A DNA stretch of 63,647 bases, the filler included, from Reticulomyxa filosa (Eukaryota; Protista; Foraminifera), in assembly GCA_000512085.1 (NCBI GenBank). It is 26 parts of 26 records of this genome, joined end to end, with 100 filler letters (N's around TTAATTAATTAA, not from the genome) between each part and the next. Parts side by side here need not be neighbours in the genome. Positions count along the whole stretch, not along the records: positions 12,840 to 16,618 come from ASPP01047048.1; positions 16,719 to 20,046 come from ASPP01020209.1; positions 20,147 to 21,398 come from ASPP01039500.1; positions 21,499 to 23,851 come from ASPP01020808.1; positions 23,952 to 25,450 come from ASPP01001602.1; positions 25,551 to 26,937 come from ASPP01000566.1; 20 more parts are not named here. One strand, given 5' to 3'. The position numbers and the translations under genes were made by a program. The notes beneath the pieces are model-generated. The model had not been told where the DNA came from, ran no database searches, and was given only the letters and a program-made list of their open reading frames with translations. How positions within the stretch are numbered: position 1 is the stretch's first letter; the number at the start of each line of letters is the position of its first letter. Positions 12,840 to 26,928 of this stretch are shown piece after piece.

Positions 12840-14400
12840 AAATGAGAGTAATACAAGCAAGTGCAGCTGGACGAACACACAAAAACACTTCAATCAATAC
12901 ATCAATATGAACATACTGGCAGTATCACGTGATGTGCTGCTCAACCACTCAATCAACAACGTGTGGAAATTGGAAACGTGGAAGTGTGAACAATATCTAC
13001 AATTACACAACATAGCATGCGCATCCTCATTGCAAATTTCTAACAATGAGTTGATGCAATCAACAAATAAAATTATACGTATTTTTCAAAGTACTCTGTT
13101 TGCCAATCCAAAACAGTCCAAAAAGAACTGGCACTTCAAAACGTCGACAATGGGTGTATTCATATCCAATTCTACAATACAATAAACAGCAGCCAAATGG
13201 ACATTTACAGCAGCGACACTCAGGTACTAATAGTAACATTAAAAAAAACGGTCATTAAAAAAAAGGGAGGTTTACGTATATCAAGAGATATTAAAGGGAG
13301 ATGATAAATTGTGTATGTTATGGATTTTATTTGAAAAATGATTTTTTAAAAAATAACAGTGTATTGAAAAATGGCAAAGTGGATGCAATAATAAATACGC
13401 AACTGTCGAAAAGAAGGTGCAGCCAGGAGCGAATATCGATTGTGGAAGTTGTCAATGATCAACTATTTCGGGTACAACACTATCACAAGCGCGAATTCAA
13501 CCACCAATATTATCTGTAACTGCAGCAGATTTGTTTTTTTCAAGCTCGCTGCACCATCCAAGCAAGTATCAAGTATAAAATTGCACAAAAACCAATACGT
13601 CCAAGTCATGTCGCCCACAACTTCGCCGCAATTTTGAGTATTGTCCAATATTGCAATGTTAATTCCTTTCTTTTTTTTAATTCATTTTTTTGGTTTAAGA
13701 ATAAACAAACAACAAACAAAAATAGATAGTGCTACTGTGCAGTGCCATTGATGAAAGGACAACGTATCATTGAAATGATTGTCCAACCAGCTGCAATTTC
13801 TGGCACAAATTGTGATGGCAAGCCTATCGTTGTCATTTCATGGCACAGACATGCCTTTGATATTATAGAGGCGCTGTTAGCGCGAATGAGGAAAGTAGGC
13901 GACAACGCAGCCGACGAACAAGTTGGTCGTGGTGCCTATACTCTTGTGCAAATAGCGCTCTATTGTCAAGGCATTGATCTCATAAGGCACTTAGCCATCA
14001 ATATAGCATTTGGACAAACTGGCCATCATTGCAATATTCTATTCATCAACACATTGATCCAATTTAAACACGAAATTTGCTATCAACAATGATATGCATG
14101 CCATTGATACTGCCAAGCTATTCTTGTCTTTTTTCTTTGTTGTTCAATAATATACATTAATTTTTTGCTTGTTTATTTGTACATAGAAAATAATTGTCAG
14201 AAATTGTGGAGCAAATGCAGTTGGAATTGGAAAAATTGAAAGATGAATAATATAACCACTTAAGGTGGTTTGCAATGTGAGCGCTTGTGTTCAAATGGCC
14301 AGATAAGGTAAGTCTTTTGTTTTTCATTTATATTCGATTAATAACTATGTCTTGTATGATTATTTATAATAGAACAATCCAATGATGAAAAGAATAAAAG
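12840..14400 (+). pseudogene. Decayed multi-exon coding-like sequence, family unassigned
   Basis: Codon-like blocks alternate with AT-rich intron-like blocks, but all frames are repeatedly interrupted. Confidence 0.3.
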
Positions 14401-14984
14401 AATATGGGGTAGCAACCACCCCCGTCTCCGCAAGGAAAAAAAATGGTTTGTTCTATTTGCTTTTTTTTAAATATATTCAAATATTGGTATGTTTATGATA
14501 TAGGTTCCCCCGTCCTGACAATATTTAATTTATATACCCACACCCCCTCCACAAACACACAAAAATAATGATAATTATGGGGTTGAAGTCTACCCCGTTT
14601 TAATAAAAAACAAAAAAGGTTTGTATATGTTTTTTTTATTTATGTATGTATACCTTTGTTATAAGATGTGTTTGTACTTGTGATGAAATAGGAATTCCCC
14701 CTCAAACGAATTAACTATATTTGTATATGCATTGTATTTATGTTTGTATTTATGTATTGTCCAATCCAAAAAAAAAATAATGTGAAGTGTTTATCATAGG
14801 AAAAGAAACTGGGGTTTGTCGTGGCCAAATAATAGTTATCAATATTTTTTTGTTTGTTTTTAAAAATTATGAAGTATAACTTTGCTTTGTCTGCGCATAG
14901 GTATCTGGTACAATAAAAAGACTTTAGGTACAGTGTCATTTCTTTGATGGTGTGGAAAAAATGGTATAAAATAAGTAATAAGGG

Positions 14985-15272
14985 GAAAAAAAAGGGAATA
15001 ATAAAAATGAAAGAAAATAAAATAAAAAAAAAAGATTAAATAAAAAAAAATTTACAACAAAAAAAAAGGATGGAATAATAAGAAAGAAAAAAAAGAATTA
15101 ATAAAAAGAAAATGAAATAATAAATAAGAAAAAAGATAGGAAAAAAAATGTAATAAAAAAAGGATGTAATAATAAAAAAAGAAATATTTTTATAAGAAGA
15201 AAAAGAATAAGAAAGAAAATAATAAAATGAATGTGAAAAAAAAAGAATAGAAAGAAAAAATTATAATATAAT
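14985..15272. repeat. A-rich low-complexity tract
   Basis: About 290 bp of short A-runs punctuated by G or T. Confidence 0.85.
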
Positions 15273-16726
15273 ATTAAAAAAAATGATTATCCTGTGTGAG
15301 GATAACAACAAGTAAGTTATATATTCCTTTCTTTATGTGTGTTCGTTTTAAAAAATTTGAAGCATACTGAACTTTTTCATTGTACAGATGTGGCTGAAAC
15401 AAACAGAAAGAGGGAAAAGAAGAAGAGCAAACCAACGAAGAGGAAAAAGAACAAGCGATATATGGAAACATTTCCAAGACACAATTGGTGCTGCCTTAAT
15501 AGAATGTAGGAGTTACAAATACTACGTGCAAGATATCAGAAAGTAATAAATAATGTATTGCCTCCCATGATAAACAGAGAATGATGTCAATGCGAAAGAA
15601 ACATGGAGATATTGGATTAAAAAACAATATTTGCTCGTCTACAATACCGGGAGTACAATCTCCAACCATCAATACAGATTAGTGGTATTTTCCAAGGCGA
15701 TATTCGAGTCAAGAAAATAAATTTCATTCTTTTCGCATTGCACAAACTATCAACTCCACATCTTGTCGTTGTAGTAATGCCTGCGTTCTCAAGGATCACC
15801 AGTCTCGTCAATAAATGAACAGTCCTGTAATTGTAAATACGAGCGCGATCAATCAATACCGGTCCATTTGGCCAAATCCGATGTGTCCAAATATTCCCAT
15901 CAAAAACAGAAAAAGATCGATTTGTTGATTCAATTTGGAAAAAGTAGTTTTTTCTTTAATCATCTTCAATTGGTGTGTTATCTCTGTATATGTGTACATA
16001 CATATATGTACATAGATGTCCAAGTGAAAGCGTCAGAAATTATTAATAACATGCCCAGTGCATGGTCAGCATGTAATATGTAGTATTGTTGATACCTGAT
16101 GGTATTGGCGCTATTTATGAGCTACCTGAGCTCCTGCTACTCAAATTACATCCTATTCAAATCGTATGTGCTACGAACAATTAAATATCGAACACGACAA
16201 TCGATTTATTAATGTTGATTCCAATTTATTGTGTCGTCAAGCAAAATTATCAGTTTTCTGGAAAAGAATTAAACGCAATTGCATTTAGTAATTTTCAGAA
16301 AATAAATAATTTGGGATTGACTCCACAAATTCATTAACTGATATCTGGAAAACGATCTACAATTACACCACCGGTCTGAAAATGTAACTGTATCATGAGC
16401 CACCGTCAAAAATTACAGAGATAATGTGAATCTAATCCATTAACAGAATGTATGCAATTGTGAATCTGTCTTCTCTTGGTATGTTACAAAATCACAATTC
16501 AAAAGTGGATTGCTTTGTGGTGAGTTCATAAATTATCCACGCAATAGATACAATACAGGAAAGACAGCTTTATCAGAGTCGTGGTGAATGTGAATACGAG
16601 TGATACTGAATAGAGGGGNNNNNNNNNNNNNNNNNNNNNNNNNNNNNNNNNNNNNNNNNNNNTTAATTAATTAANNNNNNNNNNNNNNNNNNNNNNNNNN
16701 NNNNNNNNNNNNNNNNNNTACCGTCG

Positions 16727-17419
16727 TCAGGCGAGCTTTTGACACCATTGGAAATAGCACTTATTGATTGCAAACAAATTTGAGTGACACAAGTCGATTG
16801 TTTGGATAGAATATCAAAGTATGCTCGCTGTTCACCTCTCGTCTATGTGTGTTTTCCATTTGAGTGCACAGACTTTGAACTGCCTTGTTTTATTTGTATG
16901 TGAATACAAAGGATCAGTCTTCAAACATACTTCAGCGGATACTTCATTTATGCGCTCTTTATCTCTTTCATCCAACTCTTCCGCTCGCGTGTTGTTGTTT
17001 TCATCGATTTCGTTTATCTTTTCAGTGTTCACACGTACATACACATAGCGCGTAGCTCACTACAACACAACAGAAATGCAAACTGTTTGCATAATTGTTT
17101 CGGATGCGCTTTTCAGTTTGGTAATCACTTTTTTGGTACTTTTGTTCGTTAAGTAATATAAGGCGGGCAAACCGAGGATCGATAACAACACACATGTCAC
17201 CACCGCGTATTTATTGGATGTGTCTTTAAATTCAATCGGTGGTTCTGGTTTTGGCGATGGGTCTGGTAGTTGATCTGGTTTTGGTTGTGGGTCTGGTGGT
17301 GGTTCTGGTTTTGGTTGTGGGTCTGGATTCACCGATTTCCCTTTACGAAAAAAAACAGTACCAACCCCACCCGCACCGATTATAGAGGCAATCGCGATTA
17401 TACGGGGAAGATAGGACAT
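16727..17419 (-). CDS. Small membrane protein with a Pro-rich DPQPKP repeat (probably 3 exons)
   Basis: ORF 17060-17419 has two hydrophobic segments flanking three 30-bp (DPQPKPEPPP)-type repeats at about 17238-17327. Plausible downstream exons INEIDEN.. and GEQRAYF..QKLA*. Confidence 0.55.
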
Positions 17420-17943
17420 TTCACAAAATCAATTCCAAAAAATTTGGCATTTCCCTCTACCTTCTCAGCGTTCTTTTTCCTACTTTTTTCTTTACAGTTG
17501 CAAATTTTAACATAAATTTGACAGTTTATAAACCAAAATGCTTTGCAAGGTATTTGAAATCAAATGTTATGGCAAACTTGTAAAAATTTTTAAATTTTAA
17601 TGGACATTTTATCACAAAGAGATGAAACATTTTTTTTTCCTTGCATGCTAATCCCTTGTCGACAAATATCAAATGAATAATTGCACTGATTGTTCTTGTC
17701 CATTGTAATATAAAGGGCTTTTAGACCTTCTGGCTTTTCTATCACTGCAAATTTCGATCAATTATTCTAGAAAGATAAAAAGACTTGTGCAGTACAATCA
17801 TTTATATTCGCGCTAGCATGCCTTGGTAAAAGCTTTCACAACAAACTTTTCCTCACGTTTTTCCTTGTTTGTTTTTTTTTTTTTTGTCTTTTGTTTAAAA
17901 AAAAAATTTATATTTTAATTTAAAAATTAATTTTGTGTTAAAT

Positions 17944-20046
17944 ATGCTTCCATCTCCATCTTCATCATCTCTTTCCGACAAACCACGCATCCGCAAGAGC
18001 AGATGGAATTCAAAATCATCATTCACAACGGAATCAGCAGCAACCGATCAACTTTTAGTTAGTCCTCCTTCCAGGTGTGTTAAAAAAATTAGACAAGCGC
18101 GTTTTCCAATTGCTACAAGGAATTTCTTAACTAAAAAAATGTCTGGCTTCAGTTTTCATACAGTTCATTATCACACCAATTGGGACAATTAATCCTATTT
18201 AATTATTTTTTTTTGTGTTTTACAATGGAACGAAAACACAAACAGTTTAACAAAAAGCGAAATGTCAAATCATAATACATCTGCATATTCCAATAATGGA
18301 TCTTTTTTGTCTCAAAATTCTCACACGACTCAATCAAGCACCAACAGTGAAAAAGAAAAATATTTGTTACAACCAAGGGCCAAAAGTACCCAAGGTATGG
18401 GGATAAAAGGGAATGGGTCAAATCAACAATGACTCACGCGAATTCGCACATATTTGTAAATGCCCGCATTTTTTTTTTTGGAAATAAAGTGACGTTATAA
18501 AACAACAAAAAAATAAAAATAAAAAAAAATGTGGGGATCTTAGAAGCAAAACATTGGCCATCACATTCGGCAGTGGATATTAACAATAGAGTAAAAGAAG
18601 GAGGAGAAAAATATGAAAAGAAGCAAATGGACTACAACACACACGAAAGCAACGGCAAATATGATCGAAAAAGATCATTACCAACTTTCCTTTCGGACAA
18701 TAGCACAAGTGCTTTGAAACATTTGGGGACAGAAAGTAATGGTGTCGAAACACACAATCAAATGACGGGATTCAATGGGACACAAGCCAGCCAAACAACT
18801 CGATATCTATCACAGACTAGTGCTCAGTCATATTCCAATGAAAGCAAAACGGAAGGCACAGGACCACATACGAAGAGAAGAAGACTAAATGGCCTTCCAC
18901 ATGACAACTCTTTTTCAACATCGATATCGTCTCGCAGTGGTGTGTATTAACTTCAATAATAATGAAATACAAATACATATAACATATATGCATACATGTA
19001 TATGTATGTATATACACATATATACAAATAAGCATGTGTAGAATATATAAGAAAAGAGACGTACGTTGATCGACAATTGTGATGACATTGCACAGGCAAC
19101 ATTGCATCGACAGACAACACTGCAATGGACTACTGGCAACAAATGCAAGTGAAACGCCAAAACGACGCAAATGACAATGAGCACAACTCAACACAAAGAT
19201 ACGACGGAAACGCAGTGAAAACAAAGAAACACGGCGCAAATGAAAGAAGCACTTTGTTACATGCCAACTCCGATCAATCGCTGAGAGGCAATGAAACCAC
19301 TGGCAATGTGGAATTGGCTTCCAACAGCAATCTTAATACTATTATGCCAAATGGCACATATAAACGAATTAATGTAACCCACGAATCGTCGGAGAATAAA
19401 AGTGTTGTCGACTCGGATCTAAAAACAAAAGGCAGCACATCCACTCACTCCACTTTTGGTAACGCTTATTCACAGCAACAAACTATTATTACCAAAAACG
19501 AAAATATTTATGACCGATACGATAAGAATATCTCTAAACAAGACAGGTATTTTGTGTAAGGCTGTCCACTTTTCAATTGCATATATACATACACATGTAT
19601 ATATGTATGTATGTATATGTGTGTATATGTATATGTGTGTGTATATGTATATATTGTATATTTATTATTTATTTATTTATTTATTGTTTGATAAACGAAA
19701 TCGCAGTAGATCTCAATCACCTCGAAATCAAGATAAAAGTGAAACGAAAACGCACTATTCGTCGAATCGGCCTTTGCGTTATAAAGATAACGATAGCAGA
19801 CGTTATCATGAGCAGACAAGAGGAGAAAGAGATAAAAGCAAAGAAGGAAAGAGCTATCATTACACAATGAGAAAAAACTCGGAACAAAGAACTTCCAATA
19901 TACAAGGCTTTGGATCGTCCGTTGATTTATTTCAAAATTCTCCTCAATGGTTTCAGGACAATTGCACAATGTGGTTTGAAGTGGTTTGTTATCCGTGCGA
20001 CGGAGGGGGGGGATACAAAAACAAGAATGAAAATAAAAAGTAGTTC
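17944..20046 (+). CDS. Hypothetical low-complexity Ser/Arg/Asn-rich protein, multi-exon, 3' partial
   Basis: Same-strand ORFs 17935-18192, 18531-18950, 19125-19559 and 19456-20043 are separated by microsatellite introns; RKSRW and SRSQSP motifs. Confidence 0.5.
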
Positions 20047-20169
20047 NNNNNNNNNNNNNNNNNNNNNNNNNNNNNNNNNNNNNNNNNNNNTTAATTAATT
20101 AANNNNNNNNNNNNNNNNNNNNNNNNNNNNNNNNNNNNNNNNNNNNAAAAAAAGCAACTTAAAAAAAAA

Positions 20170-21398
20170 AGGGGAATTGGAAGAAAAAGACAGCCTAATC
20201 GATTCAATGCAACAAGAAATGGGCCAAATGAAAGAAAAGTATGAATTACAATTGAGAAGGTAGAAGGCATATTGGTAAATAATGGTACCGAGTATTTTGC
20301 AGTTATTTATTTATTTTTCTTTTATTCAAAAAAAAAAAAAGTGTTTGCCTCCCCCTTTTTTTTTTTTGATGTATAGTAACACAGAATACAATACAAAAAA
20401 TACTATATCGCCCTTAGTCATGGAAACAGTCATTGGAGTCTGCACAAGAACGAAAGGTAAAGGATGGATTGACGGCAGGTTCCGGCAATGACAATAGCAT
20501 GTACCTTACTGACAAAGAAAAAAAGATGTGGCAAAGAAAAAAGTTTCGTTCTTTCAAAAAAAACTTATTATAATCAATTACAATTTGTCGACACTTTAAA
20601 AAAAAAAAAGAACCCAATTTATTGTCAAAAGGGTTTTTTAAAAAAAATTCAAAGTGATTTTTTTTTTTTTATGAAATAAAAAAAAATATATATAATGATG
20701 TGGGTGGAAATCTTTTTTTACTGATCATGCACATATAAATGTATGTATATAACACATATGTGGGTACAAAATCAAAAACAGATGGACTTCCACAATAAAA
20801 CGAAACGACGCAATGACGATGTGAATGAGTTTTTACAAGGCGCAATACCGAACGATGTGGATTCATTGCAAAAGCAATTGACATTGGGCAAAACGCTAGT
20901 CCAACAGATGGTAAACGATATCGGCGACATGAAGTTTCAATTGGAGCAAGCACAAAAGTACGGCGGCAGTGGGTTGGAAAGTGACGAGGAAGCCAATGAC
21001 AATAACGACAAAGAGATGCAAAAGGAACACATGTTGGCAAAGAAGAATTCGAAGCACGATCGGTTCTTTAGCACGTTCAACATACTGAGCAAAGATCAAG
21101 ACAATGCCAACTTGTTAATTTAACAGATTGGGCAGTTTGAGACCATGACGCCATCAACGAGAGCATGGACCAATTCCGATCTGCACGTGAATATATCCAT
21201 CCCACACAGAAATTCTCATCGTCGCCGTTATGCAAAACGTCGAAAAATCCATTGAAAAACGCGGTTACCATTACTTTTCTTTTTTGTTTTGTTTTATATT
21301 TATTGATACGACAAACTCGGACAAGTAAAAAAGCGCACTGCGTACATTCACTCGCTGCTGACTGAGTCGGGATTGTTGGAAGGCTCGAGAAACGTGTT
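20170..21398 (+). CDS. Hypothetical coiled-coil protein fragment
   Basis: Heptad-like exons (ELEEKDSLIDSMQQEMGQMKEKY; SLQKQLTLGKTLVQQMVNDIGDMKFQLEQ) separated by AT-rich introns. Confidence 0.45.
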
Positions 21399-21499
21399 NN
21401 NNNNNNNNNNNNNNNNNNNNNNNNNNNNNNNNNNNNNNNNNNTTAATTAATTAANNNNNNNNNNNNNNNNNNNNNNNNNNNNNNNNNNNNNNNNNNNNC

Positions 21500-22780
21500 A
21501 TGAAAAGATTGGGTGAGCCTTTGAACGAAGAAGAAGTTCATTTCAAAAAAAAAAAGAACTTTTTTGAATTCACAAACACCAATCAATTTCGACTTTGTTT
21601 TGTTTTTGTTGTCACGTGGGGGGGGGGGGGGACGAAATCATTTAAAAAAAAAAAAAAAAAGAATGAAAGAGATAATGAATGAAATCGGTGAAAAACAAGA
21701 ACACGCCGATTTCAACGGCGGATTCGAATTGCGAATCCCTTTCAACTCATTTTTGGTATGGTGGAGCACTGCTCACAAAGGTGGGAAGCGCGGCGGCAGA
21801 TACCGCAAAATGTTCAAGCTCAAACAGGCCAAACTCAATTTGATGAGCGACTTTGACATCGACAACATCATCACTACCAACGTGGGTACCAAAGGCTCCG
21901 CCGAATTCCGTGTCATCTTCAAATACCAACAAAAAAATGGAAAAATTAAACAAATCTCCCCTTGGCATGATATCCCTTTACGTCACGGCCAAACTCATGT
22001 TTGTATTATTTTTATATAAATATATACATATACACATATATATGTATATATAATTTTTTTTTTTTAAAAATACTCTCATTAAGATGTATACATATATAAT
22101 ATTGTAATCAGATTTATAATTTCATTTGTGAAATTCCAAAATGGACTCGGACAAAATTCGAAATTGCCACGGGCGAAACGTTCAATCCGATTCGGCAAGA
22201 TACCAAAAATGGCACTATTCGCTTTTACGAACACGGTGATATGATGTGGAATTACGGCGCGTTCCCACAGACCTGGGAAAATCCCGAGTACATTCCTGAA
22301 GACACCAAATATCCTGGAGATAATGACCCATTGGATGTTATTGAGTTGGGCACGAAGCAGCTGCCGAGTGGTCAGTACCGATTGTTCCTTTAAAAAAAAA
22401 AAAAAAAAATTTATGTATACACATACATTTTTAGAAATATACATAAAAAAGGAAGTGTAACTGCGGTGAAAGTGCTGGGAATATTAGGACTGTTGGATAG
22501 TGGAGAAACTGACTGGAAAGTGTTGGCAATCAATATTAAAGACCCTCTTGCAAATATCATGCAAGATGTTCATGACATTGACAAACACATGCCCGGATGC
22601 ATCGATGCTATTCGCGATTGGCTCAGGATATACAAAGTTTGCACTGGGGCTGTTGAAAATCAATATGCCCTCCGAGGGGAAGCTTTGAATGAAGAGTATA
22701 CCAAAAAGGTCATTGAAGAGGCACATAAACAGTGGCAAACACTCAACGAAGAAGGCCGTCGTGAAGTCAAAAAAGGGTGA
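21500..22780 (+). CDS. Soluble inorganic pyrophosphatase (family I) with N-terminal EF-hand region, VSP1-like (5' partial)
   Basis: ISPWHDIPL, CEIPKWTRTKFEI, NPIRQDTKNG, NYGAFPQTWE, GDNDPLDVIELG, LLDSGETDWKVLAI and DWLRIYK; upstream MKRLGEPLNEEE..IPFNSFLVWW. GT-AG introns about 21999-22111 and 22371-22451. Confidence 0.95.
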
Positions 22781-23012
22781 TGTTGTTGTTGGTGAATTGC
22801 AGTATTTATTGTATAATAAATTTCTTTTTCTTTGAGTTTTCACTTTTTTGGTCCAAATCAAAAGAAAAAAGGTTTAAGCATAAATAATGAGCTACGATTT
22901 TTTTTCAAAGATTAATCCAGATTACAGAAATAAGAAATATCTACATGTTGTTTCCTTTCTTTTATTATTATTTTTTGATATCTCAGTTATTTAAAAAACA
23001 AACAAATCTATA

Positions 23013-23756
23013 ATGGATCGAAACAGTCGGCGTCTTTGCAAAGTCTTTAAACGCTTTTTTTGAAAAAGATTCAATAGGGGGCAATTCAATTTTAAAGAGA
23101 TATAACAATGAATATGGAAGGGCATTCTTCTCCAATATTGTTAGGACAAAAGATTCAAGGCTTTGATGTGCCAGAGCTAGTAGGCTTGACAAAGAGTCCC
23201 TTCATTTACAACCCGACAAAAAACCGATGGGAGTCTTGTAATGACGAAGATATTCTCTGGGCTGAATCTCAGCATCGGAGAGAATCAGGAGTTGTCTATG
23301 ACGAGTTTACCCTGGCTACTGTCGTCTTTGGCGAAGACTTGTCGTTTAATCTGTTAAGAATTGCCAGCATACATAACTGTTTCCGTCAATAGGGTATTGA
23401 ATCCCTTCCTCGCATATTGAAGGAGGAAGAGTGGTCACTTTCCAAGAGAATCTTTGTTTTTTTTTTTCATTATTGTTACCATTATTATTATTGTTATTTA
23501 TTTATTCTCATTCACTTTCCATGGAAGGGTTCGAGGAAAAAAAAGGGGGATGGGAGGGGGGGGGGAAAAAAAAAAGCATCCCACATAACAAAATGAGGGA
23601 CGGAAAACAATGATACGACAATAGTGATTCAAGTAGCTTGACAGGACTAATTGGATCAAAACATGAACAAATCTTGCAATGGTTAAAAAAAATCCAACCC
23701 CATGTGATATTGTTTATCAACATCAACAAGGATTTTTTTTTGTGTTTCATCAAAGG
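23013..23756 (+). pseudogene. Hypothetical gene with in-frame stops (pseudogene or assembly errors)
   Basis: ORF 23108-23392 is bracketed by in-frame TAA and TAG with coding-like sequence on both sides, plus a further exon-like block near 23610-23755. Confidence 0.35.
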
Positions 23757-24697
23757 TTATTTTTATGTTTCTATCATATCCTTTTTTTATGTTTCTTGTT
23801 ATCATTACTTTTTTTTTTTTTTTTTTTGGAAAGAAGTTGTAAATAGTTAAANNNNNNNNNNNNNNNNNNNNNNNNNNNNNNNNNNNNNNNNNNNNTTAAT
23901 TAATTAANNNNNNNNNNNNNNNNNNNNNNNNNNNNNNNNNNNNNNNNNNNNAAATATATAATGAAAAAGAATAATTATATAATAATTTTTAAATTATAAA
24001 TAAGATGATAATTAATTTTAAAAATTTTATGCAGTTGATGATGATGCGAATGAGTAGTCCAATATTAGATACTTTACCACTGCAACCATTAAAAAGGGCT
24101 CATCAGATTGAACTTGTCGTTTTTCGAATTATTGTCCAAAATAATGTTTTTATTATTTTGCATACTCAAGTGATGTAAGGCATATAAATAAGATATCAGG
24201 AATGATATGTTCGCACTACATCATGGAGAGCAATATCTTAAGATAAAATATTCCTGAGATATTAAAGGACCTCTTTATCTGATTGAATTTTTTTTGAATT
24301 ACTAATCATTCATATCTTGCTTCAGGAGAAAATGTTGTTTTGATAATGCACACTGTTATTTTTTTACTTTATCCTATTTTAAGTGTTCGTTACTACAAAA
24401 AAAACAATAGCAAATAGATATAAAAATAACATCTTAAAAAAATTAGTAGTGATTTGCAATGAAAAAACACAATATTTGAAATATCTTGCAATTATTTGAT
24501 ATTTGAATACAATTTTCATTACTATTCTTTTAAAAAATAGTGAACGCAGCTTTGATTTTTTTTAAACAACAAAATAATATAGAACACGTCTTTCAATGCC
24601 TGCATTCAATCAAATCAAGCAAGTTTAATATTAACTTACTTTTCTTTAATTAAACTTTTCAAAAAAAACAGTTTCATTTCTTATTTGGCAAATGGTA

Positions 24698-25450
24698 TTA
24701 TCCCCAAATATGAATGGGACCTTTTTTTGAACTATAACACAAATTCAAATCATGTGCGATATTCTTTGTCTTATCTATCTTTCTCAATTTAATAAATTTA
24801 AGACAAAATATTCCATCATCTTTTTCATATCGCCTTTGATCATGTACAATTGATTTTTATTTGATCGAATATCCCAAAAACGAATTGTATTATCATCTGA
24901 TCCAGAGCATATCAAATGCGAATTACCAATACTATTTTTTATTACAAATGGTGAATATTCAACAGCATAAACAAAATAGGTATGTCCATTGAACACTTGA
25001 GTTTGTTGACCAGATCGAATATCCCACAAACGAATGCTTTTATCATCTGATCCAGATAATACTGTATTTATTAATTCATTTGATCCATATTTTACACTCC
25101 TGATCCAATCTTGATGTCCTTTTAATACATTGAATTGTTTGACTGTTTCAATATCCCATATTCTAATGGTTTTATCACTTGATCCAGAACAAATTGTAAT
25201 CCATTTCCACCAATCACACCAATATTATTTGTTTTATTATCATTACTGTTGTTATTATTGCTTTGTAATGATGAAATATCAACACACCAAATTCCATTTT
25301 CATGTCCATTGAAAACATGTAATGATTTTGATTTTTCAACATCCCATAAACGAATTGTTTTATCACTTGATCCAGAACATAAATATCTACCACCATTAAA
25401 TGATGAAAATTCAATTCCACAAACACCCCATGTGTGCCCATTGAACATTT
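24698..25450 (-). CDS. WD40-repeat protein of the expanded family (5' partial, frameshifted; possible pseudogene)
   Basis: Repeated FNGH..V..I.FS..ICSGSxDKTIRLWD units, ending LCYSSKKGPIHIWG*; at least three frameshifts. Confidence 0.85.
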
Positions 25451-26263
25451 NNNNNNNNNNNNNNNNNNNNNNNNNNNNNNNNNNNNNNNNNNNNTTAATT
25501 AATTAANNNNNNNNNNNNNNNNNNNNNNNNNNNNNNNNNNNNNNNNNNNNATCTTGTTCATGAGAGGAAAACACTGTTAACAAACAAACACAAAGCAATC
25601 CATTGAAGATTTTCAAACAAAGGAGAATCAGATTTTGTACTATAAATATTACACTTTAATGCATCAAATGCAGAAACAATATGCATCATAATATCCTATG
25701 CTCACTGAAGCAAAAACTAATAGATTCAAACAAAACATTTTCCAATTCAATAAGATTCTGAAACAATTACTGACAATAATATTTTCATTTGAATTAAATG
25801 CAAAATAGATTTAAATTCAAAGACGACAATACGACTGTCCATAGACTTCGAAGTGCAATTGAAAACATTATCAAAAATTGTTTATACATTATGTTTCTTT
25901 TGCAATAACAAAAACAAAAAGCTTTTAATTTACATTTACCAAGATTACACTAAGTCAACAAAAGAAATTGTGAAAGATATAAATGTAGGGACATCTGACA
26001 AACGTATATCATATTTAGTTATTACAATTATTATAAAAAGAAAGAAGTATTGTTGAATGGTAAATGATTAGGACCTTAAAATGTTTTAGAAAATAGACTT
26101 AACCTGTAGTCGAATATGAAGTGATATTAGTTTGCTCGAAAGAAGAGAAGAAAAAAATTTCTAGTTTCAATTTGATTGAAAACTAGGTCGGAGTACGTGT
26201 TGGTCGACATATAAATAAAGGAGTTTGTTGCATGTGAGGAAAGAAAAAAAAAAAAAAAAAATT

Positions 26264-26890
26264 TCAAAAAATATAAGCAGTTTCGATGAAAGTGACATTG
26301 AAAAAGTGTCGTACGGTTTGAAAGAAAGGCTGTTTGATAGCCGTGAGAAGAGTGATATTTTCATCATAAGACAAAAGATTGGAGTCGAAGAGGTCATTAA
26401 AAAAAGCGACCCCTTTCCAATGGTGCTTGTGTCGATCTGCATGTTTGGCGATGAGTTGTTTCAAAAACTCGGGAAACCTTACCATTCGATACATAGGATA
26501 GCCACTCGTGATATGCTGTATATAAGCATCATACTTGATGAAACGATCCAAGTTGATTTGATCAAATGCCGGGATCAAATGGAACCACTTACTATATTTC
26601 GCGGAAATGAGACAATTGACAGCGCCTTGTTCCCGTGGGAACTCATGGATCATGAACTGAGGGATCACACGAATGCTTTTGCTCCACTCGTCGATCATTT
26701 CCAATGCAATCGAGCTATTGCGCACCAGCACCACGCCTGCGTTAATGTAGGTGGCACACTGCGCATCCGTCACCCCTCGCATCATCGACACCAGTCGAGG
26801 GTGCTCTCGTTTTATAAACAACGGAGTGTCATTCACTGCCAAAAAATGGACATCCTCCAAAGATGGTATATAGTGACTATTCACAAACAT
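26264..26890 (-). CDS. Glycosyltransferase, GT34 (GMA12/MNN10)-like, C-terminal part
   Basis: INAGVVLVRNSSIALEMIDEW..FPREQGAVNCLI..YIQHITS matches the NxGVxxxRNS..W..EQ pattern. The DxD region would lie off the contig. Confidence 0.7.
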   Translation of the reverse strand: MFVNSHYIPSLEDVHFLAVNDTPLFIKREHPRLVSMMRGVTDAQCATYINAGVVLVRNSSIALEMIDEWSKSIRVIPQFMIHEFPREQGAVNCLISAKYSKWFHLIPAFDQINLDRFIKYDAYIQHITSGYPMYRMVRFPEFLKQLIAKHADRHKHHWKGVAFFNDLFDSNLLSYDENITLLTAIKQPFFQTVRHFFNVTFIETAYIF

Positions 26891-26892
26891 GC

Positions 26893-26928
<36 letters not shown>

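Noticed and set aside
15617-16618. FIDETG fragment (DDE transposase-like) and LLCGEF fragment (endonuclease-like)
   Set aside because: Isolated short matches flanked by stops with no supporting motifs.
23013-23430. In-frame TAA and TAG suggesting stop-codon reassignment
   Set aside because: Well-conserved genes in the window (PPase, kinase, PRP38B, cupin) have no internal stops, and those with visible ends use normal TAA or TGA; decay or sequence error is simpler.
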